This document shows, piece by piece, positions 29,524 through 37,709 of a stretch of DNA of 37,709 nucleotides; positions within the stretch are counted from its first letter, which is position 1, and each line of letters begins with the position of its first letter. The notes under the pieces are model-generated. The model was not told the DNA's origin and made no database searches. It saw only the letters and a list, made by a program, of their open reading frames with translations. Source of the stretch: Nanobdellati archaeon (GTDB lineage Archaea; Nanobdellota; Nanobdellia; Woesearchaeales; JAADFO01); assembly GCA_013152815.1 (NCBI GenBank), contig JAADFO010000003.1, positions 1-37,709 on the forward strand. Direction: 5' to 3'. Both the position numbers and the translations under genes were made by a program.

Positions 29524-29849
29524 TTTTCATTCCTCCTTATTTTTTGGTTATCTTTCAGATAAACAGCTTCATCTTCCCAAATCTTCTCAAAGGGAATCTG
29601 TTGCTGTTTCTGTTTGATAGGTCGTTCTGTTTGTTCTGTTTGATAGGTTGTTTATATGTCATTTGCATATCATTTGCCCATCGTCATCGTTCTTGGATAT
29701 GCCATCAGACCGGCCTCTTCCCGAACCTGAGGACCTGTTTTTCCCTTTAAAAGGTACACCCCTGGAGTTTTATCGGCATATTTAAATGTTGCGGTTGCCC
29801 CTCCTCGGAAAAACACCTCTGGTCACGTGGTCACGTCCCGGAGAGCAGT

Positions 29850-32045
29850 TCAGCTTTCTTCTCCGATGGTCAGGTCGTCGGCCTTGAGCCCTTTCCTGCC
29901 CCGTATCTGCTGGACGACCTTCTTCTGGAGCTCGTCAGGCAATCTCTCGAAATTCTGGTCCACAAGGGAGGAGCTTCCTCTTCCTCCGGTGGCAGAACGC
30001 AACTCAGAGGCCATGCCGAACATCTCAGCGACAGGGATACGCGCCTTTATGGAGACGTGGTCTCCCTCCTGCTGCATGTCCAGGAGCTGTCCCCGCTTGT
30101 TGGAGATGAGTTTGGATATCTCGCCCATATAGTCAGCAGGGCATTCGAAGAGCAGGGTCTGGACCGGTTCGAAGATCAGGGGCTTTGCGGTGAGCATGGC
30201 TCCCCGTATGCCGTTCCTGACCGCAGGATACACCTGGGCAGGTCCCCTGTGGATGGCATCCTCGTGGAGTTTTGTATCCGTCAGGAACACCTTGACCTTG
30301 AAGGAAGGCTCCCTTGCCACAGGACCGGACTTCATGACATCCTCGAACATGTCAGACACCATGTCGATGACCTCTCCGATATGGACCTCTCCACGCGTGG
30401 CGTCTATGAGGATGTTCCCCTTGAAGATGTCTTTTACTTTCACAGCCATCTTGCTGTCCATGCCGCATTTCACCAGGGTATCCCTGATCTGGTCGTCCTT
30501 CTTCTTGATGCGCATCTCAGGAAGGTCTCCGTCACGTATGGCCTGGGAGATGGCATCATCCAGAGGTTCGACCCGGAAACGGAACTTGTTGTGCTTGTTC
30601 GGGGACTTCCCTTCGAACTCGACGCCGGGTTTGGTGACGGTCTCGCGATAGACGACGATGGGCGCTGAGCTCTGGATATCCACCCCTTTCTCTGTCTTGA
30701 TCCGGTTCTCGGTGACCTCAAGGTGGAGTTCGCCCATGCCATGCATCAGATGCTCTCCGGTCTCCTCGTTGATCTCGATCTGGATGGTCGGATCCTCTTT
30801 GGTCACCTTTCGCAGGACCTCGATGAGCTTGGGCAGATCAGACGGTCTCTTCGCTTCTATGGCCTTGGTGATCACCGGTTCGAAGATGTGGGTGATCTTC
30901 TCGAAGGGCTCGGTCTCGTCCAGGGTCACAGTCTCGCCGGGGCTTGCCTTGAGCCCGGCGACGCCGATGATGTTCCCTGAGGGCACATTGTCGACAATCT
31001 CCCGTTTTGCACCGTTATAGACGAACACCTGCTGGACACGCAACCGTTGTTTGGCCTTGTTGAGATAGACTTCCATGCCTTTCTTCACGGTTCCTGAGAA
31101 GATCCTTCCCGCAGATATCTCACCTGCCTGAGGGTCGACCACGACCTTGGTGACGATGAAGAACAGGGGGCCCTCAGCATCACAGGTAAGCAGGCTCTTC
31201 CCTTCGGGACTCTCCAGGTCACCATGCCAGAGCTTCGGTATCCTGTAGTGCTGTGCTTCAACAGGATTCGGCAGATGACGGATGACGCTGTCCAGGACGA
31301 CCACATGGAGAGGTGCCTTTTTTTTGAGTTCGCCCTGGGTATCGGTCTCATAGGCGTCGATGATGTCCTTGAAGGAGAGGCCGTGGGTCTTCATGTAGGA
31401 GACGCTCATGGCCCAGTTATGGAACGCTGAGCCGAACATGACGCTTCCGTCCTGGACGTTGACCTTCCATTCGTCTTTATACTCCTCGGGGGCGATCTTG
31501 GATATGAGTGTATTGACATGGGTTATGATCTTGACGAAGCGTTCCTGCATCGCTTCGGGGGTGAGCTGAAGCTCCTTGATGAGCCGGTCGACCTTGTTGA
31601 TGAACAGGATGGGCTTGACCCGTTCCCTGAGAGCCTGACGCAGGACGGTCTCTGTCTGGGGCATGACCCCCTCTGATGCGCAGACGAGGACGATGGCGCC
31701 GTCCACTGCCCGCATGGCCCGGGTGACGTCGCCGCCGAAATCCACGTGGCCAGGGGTATCGAGGAGATTGATGAGGTATTCATTGCTCTCCACAGTATGG
31801 ACCATGGAGACCGATGCCGTATCTATGGTGATCCCTCGTGCCTGCTCGTCGTCGTGGAAGTCCAGGACCAGCTGCTTGCCGGCAAGGTCTTCAGAGATCA
31901 TCCCTGCCCCTGCGAGGATGTTGTCGGAGAACGTTGTCTTGCCGTGGTCGATATGGGCGGCAATCCCTATGTTCCTGATATTTTCTGCATTGTTCATTAT
32001 CCGCGTGATGCGGTCAACCATTTTTTCAGCCATGGGTATAGTCAC
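29850..32045 (-). CDS. fusA: Translation elongation factor aEF-2
   Basis: AHIDHGKTT, RGITI, DTPGHVDF, NKVD, diphthamide loop LHEDAIHRGPAQ; start 32045 or 32033. Confidence 0.98.
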   Translation of the reverse strand: MTIPMAEKMVDRITRIMNNAENIRNIGIAAHIDHGKTTFSDNILAGAGMISEDLAGKQLVLDFHDDEQARGITIDTASVSMVHTVESNEYLINLLDTPGHVDFGGDVTRAMRAVDGAIVLVCASEGVMPQTETVLRQALRERVKPILFINKVDRLIKELQLTPEAMQERFVKIITHVNTLISKIAPEEYKDEWKVNVQDGSVMFGSAFHNWAMSVSYMKTHGLSFKDIIDAYETDTQGELKKKAPLHVVVLDSVIRHLPNPVEAQHYRIPKLWHGDLESPEGKSLLTCDAEGPLFFIVTKVVVDPQAGEISAGRIFSGTVKKGMEVYLNKAKQRLRVQQVFVYNGAKREIVDNVPSGNIIGVAGLKASPGETVTLDETEPFEKITHIFEPVITKAIEAKRPSDLPKLIEVLRKVTKEDPTIQIEINEETGEHLMHGMGELHLEVTENRIKTEKGVDIQSSAPIVVYRETVTKPGVEFEGKSPNKHNKFRFRVEPLDDAISQAIRDGDLPEMRIKKKDDQIRDTLVKCGMDSKMAVKVKDIFKGNILIDATRGEVHIGEVIDMVSDMFEDVMKSGPVAREPSFKVKVFLTDTKLHEDAIHRGPAQVYPAVRNGIRGAMLTAKPLIFEPVQTLLFECPADYMGEISKLISNKRGQLLDMQQEGDHVSIKARIPVAEMFGMASELRSATGGRGSSSLVDQNFERLPDELQKKVVQQIRGRKGLKADDLTIGEES

Positions 32046-32094
32046 CTGTCATTGTTATTGCTTGATCGGTCCGGTCGGGTGCAGCATGAGGATC

Positions 32095-32574
32095 TCATAG
32101 GAGATGCACGTCATGGACACTCTTGTAGCTGTGGATCTCATCATCCTCAAACCAGAGCGCCACTTCCTTTTTCGCCTCGTCAGGGGTTCCTGAAGCATGG
32201 ATGAGGTTCTTGACAGAGAGGTCGTGAGCATCGGCATAGCCATAGCTCATGTGGGCGAAGTCCCCTCTGATGGTTCCCGGCGGCGATTGTTTGGGTTCGG
32301 TGGAGCCGACCAGTTTCCTGATGTTCTCGACCGCATCCACACCTTCCAGGACGAGTGCCACGACAGGGCCCGAGGTGATATACGTCTCTACGTTCGGATA
32401 GAACGGTTTGTCGACATGGGCTGCATAATGCTTCCTGGACAGCTCTTTGTCCATCCAGACCATCTTCATGCCGACCATCTTGAGGCCGGCATGCTCGAAC
32501 CGTCTGAGGATCTCGCCGATGAGTCCGCGTTGTACGCCGTCAGGTTTTATCAGGACAAGGCTTCTTTGTATCAT
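32095..32574 (-). CDS. ndk: Nucleoside diphosphate kinase
   Basis: LIKPDGVQRGLIGEI, SGPVVA, PGTIRGDF, NLIHAS. Confidence 0.97.
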   Translation of the reverse strand: MIQRSLVLIKPDGVQRGLIGEILRRFEHAGLKMVGMKMVWMDKELSRKHYAAHVDKPFYPNVETYITSGPVVALVLEGVDAVENIRKLVGSTEPKQSPPGTIRGDFAHMSYGYADAHDLSVKNLIHASGTPDEAKKEVALWFEDDEIHSYKSVHDVHLL

Positions 32575-32584
32575 CTTTTCGACC

Positions 32585-32830
32585 TCATCGCGTTTTCGTC
32601 GGGTTCTTTGCCCCTGGTGCCTTGCCTGCCTGCTTCTGGCTCTGGATGGTCCCTTCCTTGACCCTATGAGCCTCTTTGGTCCATTTGGTATTACGGGGTT
32701 TCCTTCCCAGTTTGAGGTAGTTCTTCTGGCTCTTGGAATCCTTGAAGTAGAGGACCTTGCCGTCCTTCTTGATGTACATCTTTCCTGTCCCCGGGGGGAT
32801 GTTCTCTCCGCTGAAACTGCATTTGACCAT
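32585..32830 (-). CDS. rpl24e: 50S ribosomal protein eL24
   Basis: CSFSG.NIPPGTGKMYIKKDG, LGRKPR..KWT; start among ATGs at 32830-32848. Confidence 0.95.
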   Translation of the reverse strand: MVKCSFSGENIPPGTGKMYIKKDGKVLYFKDSKSQKNYLKLGRKPRNTKWTKEAHRVKEGTIQSQKQAGKAPGAKNPTKTR

Positions 32831-32840
32831 CATCATCACC

Positions 32841-33155
32841 TTAGGCATAGCCGCGTCCGCCCTTCGAGAGCTGCTTGGCTTCGATCTCTGTCTCCCGTAA
32901 CATCAGGATATCATCTATCTGGATAGGGCCTTTCACGTTCCGTCGCAGGATCTTGTTCTTGTCCCGCCCATCTAACACTCTGCATCGGACCTGGATGGCT
33001 TCTCCGCGGGTGCCGGTCCTCCCGATGATCTCTTCCACCTTCGCAGGGAAAGCGGTGGAGAAATAGACCCCTTTCCTGACATCGGACTTCTGCCCGGGCT
33101 TGGATGCCGGTCTCGATGAAGGACGACGCGGAGGGATGTTTGGTTTTTCGCTCAT
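32841..33155 (-). CDS. rps28e: 30S ribosomal protein eS28 with N-terminal extension
   Basis: [34 protein letters not shown]. Confidence 0.95.
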   Translation of the reverse strand: MSEKPNIPPRRPSSRPASKPGQKSDVRKGVYFSTAFPAKVEEIIGRTGTRGEAIQVRCRVLDGRDKNKILRRNVKGPIQIDDILMLRETEIEAKQLSKGGRGYA

Positions 33156-33164
33156 TTTATTTGC

Positions 33165-33728
33165 CTATTCTCCTCTGAGCTCTTTGATGCTCTCCTTGGC
33201 TTCTCCTTCGACGACGACGGCGATGCAGGAGGTGGGCACTTCGAGTCCTGCCGCGGCGCCGAGCTCCTCCTTGGTATCGACCTCTGCGAAGGGGATGCCC
33301 TTCTCTTTCGCGAGGAGCGGCAGATGCATAACCACCTCGGGTGGAGAGATGTCCTTTGCGACGACGACGAGCTTGGCGTCGCCCCGCTCCATGGTCTTGG
33401 TGACCTCATTGATTCCCTTCCGGATCTTTCCCGAAGCCTTCACCGCTTCGACGATGTCGAAGATCTTGTCTGAAGACACCTCGACCTTCCCGCCCTTGGA
33501 TTCTTCCTCAGCAGAAGATTCTTCCTTGGGCTTCTCTTTAGGCTCTTTAGGTTCTTCCTCAGGAGCTTTTGGAGCTTTTTCAGGATTTTCCTCAGGTTGG
33601 GCCTCCTTTTTCGGCTCTTCCTTGGACTTGTCTTCTCCTTTCTCTTCCGGAGAGACTTCCTTCGGTGTGTCTTCTTTAGCACCGACCGATGCTTCCGGTG
33701 CTTCTTCTTTTTTCTCTTCGTCTGCCAT
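33165..33728 (-). CDS. rpl7ae: Ribosomal protein L7Ae (eL8) with acidic N-terminal extension
   Basis: GKIRKGINEVTK..ERG.AKLVVVAKD, HLPLLAKEK.IP, ELGAAAG; ATG at 33728 with SD GGAGGT at 33741-33736. Confidence 0.95.
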   Translation of the reverse strand: MADEEKKEEAPEASVGAKEDTPKEVSPEEKGEDKSKEEPKKEAQPEENPEKAPKAPEEEPKEPKEKPKEESSAEEESKGGKVEVSSDKIFDIVEAVKASGKIRKGINEVTKTMERGDAKLVVVAKDISPPEVVMHLPLLAKEKGIPFAEVDTKEELGAAAGLEVPTSCIAVVVEGEAKESIKELRGE

Positions 33729-33813
33729 GATGATGACCTCCGTCCTGTTTATTAGTAGTCTTACCGATGGTAACAAGATGCTTGATGATGGAGAAGATAC
33801 CCAAGAATCTCAG

Positions 33814-33859
33814 GCACCTCACTCAGGCTCCCGGAAGAGCCCTCATCAATCATTGGTAC
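33814..33859 (-). promoter_or_regulatory. Tandem kink-turn hairpin in the rpl7ae 5' UTR (putative L7Ae autoregulatory element)
   Basis: GUACC-AAU-GA-UU-GAU-GA-G-GGCUC-UUCCGG-GAGCC-U-GA-GU-GA-GGUGC: two 3-nt bulges, each followed by tandem GA/AG pairs. Confidence 0.78.
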
Positions 33860-33880
33860 AAAACCCAGGAACCAGAGTCT

Positions 33881-33890
33881 CTTTATAAAG
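33881..33890 (-). promoter_or_regulatory. TATA box of the rpl7ae operon
   Basis: CTTTATAAAG about 22 bp upstream of the kink-turn hairpin. Confidence 0.7.
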
Positions 33891-33937
33891 GTTACGGGAG
33901 AATGGAGCGAACGGCAGGGATGGTGTGTTCTTCAGGC

Positions 33938-34525
33938 TCACATCGCGATCTCTAGCTCGGATATCTTCCGCTTGATGTTCTCGATGGTCTTGGTGTTGTC
34001 CTGCTGTTCGAGAAGCTGGCCGCATTCAGGGCATTTGAAGAAGAGATCAGAGGCGGTCTCGAAATCGACCCGGGCACAGAAGTTCTTGCACATGAAGAAG
34101 GAATTCCTGTTCAGCTCTTCTCGGTAGAGACGTTCCTTGAGGTTTTCGAGCATCTCCCTGTGCCGTTTGTCATAGATATGCCTGGTCTCCTTGAGGTCCA
34201 GGGTCCAATAGGAGATGTACCAGCCCTTGATCTTGTCCTTTCGCCGGATGTAGTTGACAAGGCCGTGGTTGTGGAGCCTATAGAGGATGTTCCGGATGGT
34301 GTTGACTTCGAGCCTGATCTTCTCGGCGATCTGGAATTCAGATATCTCTTTCTTGTTCTTGAGGTAATCCACGACAGGCAGCACGTCCTCTCCCACAATC
34401 TCAGAGATGACATTGGAGACAAAGCTGGTGGTCATCCTCTGCTTGGGGGGGTCGGTTTCCATTTTCTTGGATCTGCTCATCTTCCTATGGGCAATACGCC
34501 CTTTTTTCTTTGACAATGTATTCAT
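33938..34525 (-). CDS. tfe: Transcription factor E (TFE alpha)
   Basis: Winged helix (IRNILYRL..HGLV.Y.R.KD...GWY..YW) plus C...C / FKCPECG zinc ribbon; TATA position suggests a downstream start (34480 or later). Confidence 0.92.
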   Translation of the reverse strand: MNTLSKKKGRIAHRKMSRSKKMETDPPKQRMTTSFVSNVISEIVGEDVLPVVDYLKNKKEISEFQIAEKIRLEVNTIRNILYRLHNHGLVNYIRRKDKIKGWYISYWTLDLKETRHIYDKRHREMLENLKERLYREELNRNSFFMCKNFCARVDFETASDLFFKCPECGQLLEQQDNTKTIENIKRKISELEIAM

Positions 34526-34648
34526 TGGACATACTCCTATTTAAATCTTTCTATTTGTTCTGACTCTCCAGTAACAAAAACACCCCCTGATTCTATTCTC
34601 AATTATAGGTACAATGGAATATAGTTTACCACATACATTTTTGATTTA

Positions 34649-34672
34649 AAAATCTTATGTAAAATCTTATGT
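34649..34672. repeat. 12-bp tandem duplication
   Basis: AAAATCTTATGT x2. Confidence 0.9.
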
Positions 34673-34755
34673 GAATGATGATCTCTTGACGAAACGAAGC
34701 AGGAGACACATTCAGAAGACCCTGGCGGATATCAGAAGACCGTATCATCTATGCA

Positions 34756-36447
34756 TCACTTATGCGTAAACCAGAAGGAGAAGCCTTTCTGAGCGTCACG
34801 TGCATCAAGGCGTACGAAACCGAATCTTTCGAACTGGATGACGCTGCCTTCTTTCAAATCAGCGACACCGGACTCGGCCAGACCGGTGACTGTCTGATGA
34901 TCGGGCATGAGGACAGCGGTCTCGACGAGCTTCCCGTCATCAGGAAGCCAGTGGAAGATCGACGTGCCCTGTTTCCTGTAGTCATCCACGCCGTCGGAGA
35001 CAAAGGAATATGCGTCGCCTTTTTTCTTGAAGTTCAGGAGATCCATGAGACGATAGAGCTTATCTTCTTCGATCCTTGCGACATCATCAGAGGTGAGAAA
35101 GAATGATTCCCCTGTCCTGAACCTGCGCGTCCCAAGGTTCTCCGAAGGATGTTTCTTCAGCTCCACGATCTTCTCAGGCGCCCCGACGATTCTGATCTTC
35201 ACAGGATCCCGGATGAAAAAATACCGTTCAGCCTTCTCATCCAGGATGCGGCGGTTCTGGACCTCCAGGTCGTGCCAGGTGAGGACAGATTCAGCCTTGG
35301 TGATGCCGGTGGACAGGACGAAATCCCTGATGGCCTGCGGTTGGAATCCCCGACGACGGAGTGCGACCAGCGTGGTGAGCGAGGGATCATCCCAGCCCGA
35401 GAGCTTTCCCTGTTCGATGAGCTCCCGTATCTTTCTTCCTGATGATTCCACACCCTCCATGTTGAACCTGGCGAACTCAGTGATCTTCGTCGGCGTGAAC
35501 CCGAAAAGGCTCTGGATGTGACGTTGCAGCTCGTTGCGGAGCTCGAATTCCTTGCTCCTCAGCCGATGGGTTATCCCTGTGTGGCCGTCCATGATGCTGT
35601 TCTCGAAATCATAGGTCGGCCAGATGCGGTATTTCGTACCGGTCCTGCAATGGGGAGTTTCCATGATCCGCATGATGGCAGGATCACGCATGGCAGAATT
35701 CTTATGCTTCATGTCGATATGGAGTCGGAGGATGGCGCTCCCTTCAGGAGCATGGAGAAAGTTCTCGAACGCCTCGACAGACGCGCCTGACTCCACATGG
35801 TCGCAGGCTTCCCCTCTGAACCGGTGTGCCTTGATCTCATCCTGGGAACAGGTGCAGACATAGGCCGTCTTCTCCTCCGCAAGCTTCCTCGCAGAGGCGA
35901 GGAAAAGGTCCATATGGTCTGATGCGTACTGCACCTTGTCAGGGATGATTCCAAGCCAGGCGTAGTTCTCGAGATGGATGCCGTAGAACTCTTTCTTCGC
36001 GAGAGCAGGATTGGTGTCCTCAAAACGCAGGATGAAGGTCCCGTCATATTCCTTGGCAAGGCCATGATTGAGGAGGATGGCCTTGGCATGGCCGATGTGG
36101 GGATATTTGGAAGGCTCCGGAGGAAAGGCGGTCACCACCTTTTCATTGTCCTCGACCAGGCCGTAGAACAGGCCACGCTCTTTCTTGATGCCGACCACCG
36201 ATGAGATGTTCTTTGTGTCCATCGAGGAGAACGCCTCTTCCTGTTCTGCCAGCGAGAGGGCATTGACCTCTTTGACGACAGAGAGGATGGCGGGCATCGC
36301 AGACTTGACGTCGTCTTTGATGGCAGGCATTTCCTGGAGGATCTTGCCGAGCACGGCATTGGGATTCGCCTTTCCCTTGAACTTGATGGCGTTCCAGAGG
36401 GCCCATTTCCTTGCGAGACCATGCAGTTTCTTTTGTTCTTCGCTCAT
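34756..36447 (-). CDS. gltX: Glutamyl-tRNA synthetase (archaeal type)
   Basis: FPPEP...HIGHAKA, LRFEDTNP, WPTYDF, GWDDP.L.TL..LRRRG, QFERFGF; start moved to ATG at 36447. Confidence 0.97.
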   Translation of the reverse strand: MSEEQKKLHGLARKWALWNAIKFKGKANPNAVLGKILQEMPAIKDDVKSAMPAILSVVKEVNALSLAEQEEAFSSMDTKNISSVVGIKKERGLFYGLVEDNEKVVTAFPPEPSKYPHIGHAKAILLNHGLAKEYDGTFILRFEDTNPALAKKEFYGIHLENYAWLGIIPDKVQYASDHMDLFLASARKLAEEKTAYVCTCSQDEIKAHRFRGEACDHVESGASVEAFENFLHAPEGSAILRLHIDMKHKNSAMRDPAIMRIMETPHCRTGTKYRIWPTYDFENSIMDGHTGITHRLRSKEFELRNELQRHIQSLFGFTPTKITEFARFNMEGVESSGRKIRELIEQGKLSGWDDPSLTTLVALRRRGFQPQAIRDFVLSTGITKAESVLTWHDLEVQNRRILDEKAERYFFIRDPVKIRIVGAPEKIVELKKHPSENLGTRRFRTGESFFLTSDDVARIEEDKLYRLMDLLNFKKKGDAYSFVSDGVDDYRKQGTSIFHWLPDDGKLVETAVLMPDHQTVTGLAESGVADLKEGSVIQFERFGFVRLDARDAQKGFSFWFTHK

Positions 36448-36589
36448 GGAGAGGGATGACCTCAGGATGTATTTAAAGATGCCGCAGGAGAAGGGATGAT
36501 GCAAAGACCACGAAGGGGAAGGCAGCACGTACCGTTCACCCTAAGGATGTTAAATCATGGATGTTCAGATACGGCTGTTCAGTAGTTTT

Positions 36590-37709
36590 TCCAGAAAATG
36601 CTAAGAAACCCTTTTAAATATGTTAATTTTTAGTTTATAAATGCGTTCCTGTTAAATTCAATAAAATTTGAGTTCCATTTTTAGAAATAGAGGTTCCTAG
36701 TCCTTCGGACATTTACACTTTCTCTTCGAGAAAGAAATTTATTTGTAAGGGGGTGAGAAAACTTAAATCAAAGTATTTAAATAGAATATCCTTTATGCTG
36801 AATGTATTGTGAATAAACAATTAGCTGATTGGATTAAATCCGAAGAAGCACAGGGTTATTCTGAAAAACAGCTAAGAGATTATCTCATTAAACAAGGTTA
36901 CAATTCTAAAGATGTTGATAAGGTTTTGAAAAAGCCATCTCTCTTAAATTCATTAAAATATATTTTAATTTCTTTATTTTCGCTTAATATTCTTATTATT
37001 ATTCTTCAATTTATTTATGCAGAATCATTAACTTATAGAAGATACTTTCCGAGTTGGTTTGGTAATGAGATCCTTATGATCATTATTTATTTTCTTCCCG
37101 CATTAATTTGTTCATTTATGTCTGCAAATAAAATTTCAAAACTAAATGGGACTATAAAAAATGCATTATTCACGGGATCAATTATAGGTCTAACCACTTC
37201 TTTGATGTTGTTTGGAATTATAAAATTATTTGAAAGTTATATTGATTTTGAAGAATTCGTGCTCTTTGTAGTTATTATCTTAATAAGTTCAATATTTATG
37301 GGTTTGGTATCATGGTTTGTTAGAAAAAGTAATCTCAAGAAATATCCTGAAATTAATAATTTAAGTTGGTTACCTGAAGAAGAACCTATTCATATAGCAC
37401 CAAAACCATTTAGATTAAAAGATGTTTTCAAACCAACAATTTTAAAATGTTTTTTTCCAGCTTTAATTTTGATATTTATTCTTGTTTCTTTCTTTATAAA
37501 TTCAACTCACATTCCGCCAGTTGCAAAGCATATGTGTGATTCTTTAAATAATGCAGAAGAATTAAGAGATTTTAATGAACAAGTCAAGGAAAAAAGTTTA
37601 GAAAATAATGCTGATCCTCAAGAATTAATCAATTTGTATCAACAAAAAGAAACTCTTAGAAAACAATCTATTTCATCAAGAAATGTTTTTGCGGAACATC
37701 TAAAACCTC
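36590..37709. other. Start of an AT-rich (compositionally atypical) region
   Basis: Sample 60-nt lines counted by hand have 9/60 (36961) and 17/60 (37261) G+C, against 39/60 at 7021; left boundary approximate. Confidence 0.85.
36809..37709 (+). CDS. Multi-pass membrane protein, partial (runs off the window)
   Basis: Hand-translated from GTG 36809, 300 codons without a stop: MNKQLADWIKSEEAQGYSEKQLRDYLIKQGYNSKDVDKVL, then about 5 hydrophobic segments; TTTAAATA at 36776-36783. Confidence 0.8.
   Translation, partial: MNKQLADWIKSEEAQGYSEKQLRDYLIKQGYNSKDVDKVLKKPSLLNSLKYILISLFSLNILIIILQFIYAESLTYRRYFPSWFGNEILMIIIYFLPALICSFMSANKISKLNGTIKNALFTGSIIGLTTSLMLFGIIKLFESYIDFEEFVLFVVIILISSIFMGLVSWFVRKSNLKKYPEINNLSWLPEEEPIHIAPKPFRLKDVFKPTILKCFFPALILIFILVSFFINSTHIPPVAKHMCDSLNNAEELRDFNEQVKEKSLENNADPQELINLYQQKETLRKQSISSRNVFAEHLKP

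Noticed and set aside
30230..30280. Variant EF-2 lacking the diphthamide site
   Set aside because: The motif LHEDAIHRGPAQ is canonical
36645..36700. Three GTTCC motifs in AT-rich DNA resembling ORB origin boxes
   Set aside because: Poor match to the ORB consensus, no G-string on the motifs and no cdc6/orc1 in the window

Overview
Archaeal chromosomal segment, most likely from a DPANN/Woesearchaeota-like lineage (inferred from gene content and protein style, not from a database search). It is GC-rich (roughly 50-60% by eye) except for an abrupt AT-rich block from about 36590 to the end. It is mostly core machinery: four aminoacyl-tRNA synthetases (proS, argS, ileS, gltX), D-aminoacyl-tRNA deacylase, ftsZ-secE-spt5-rpl11, rpl7ae-rps28e-rpl24e-ndk-EF2-EF1A-rps10, TFE, thermosome, cmk, an FKBP PPIase, EndoQ and a short alpha3-type histone. 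The most notable items are: (1) a complete proC-proA-proB pathway directly followed by proS; (2) a CbrT-like ECF S component paired with a membrane-anchored surface protein carrying a DUF4430/transcobalamin-like head, a candidate cobalamin-capture module; (3) a tandem double kink-turn at the predicted 5' end of the rpl7ae mRNA, displaced from the present ribosome-binding site; (4) long extensions on uL11, L7Ae, eS28 and Spt5; (5) short tandem duplications in many intergenic spacers; (6) loss of zinc-ligand cysteines in eL24 and IleRS; (7) a cadherin-like lipoprotein; (8) the start of a low-GC island. I found no tRNA, rRNA, CRISPR array, transposase or integrase. Two genes missing from the ORF track (secE and the terminal membrane-protein ORF) were translated by hand. 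All family assignments come from motif recognition.
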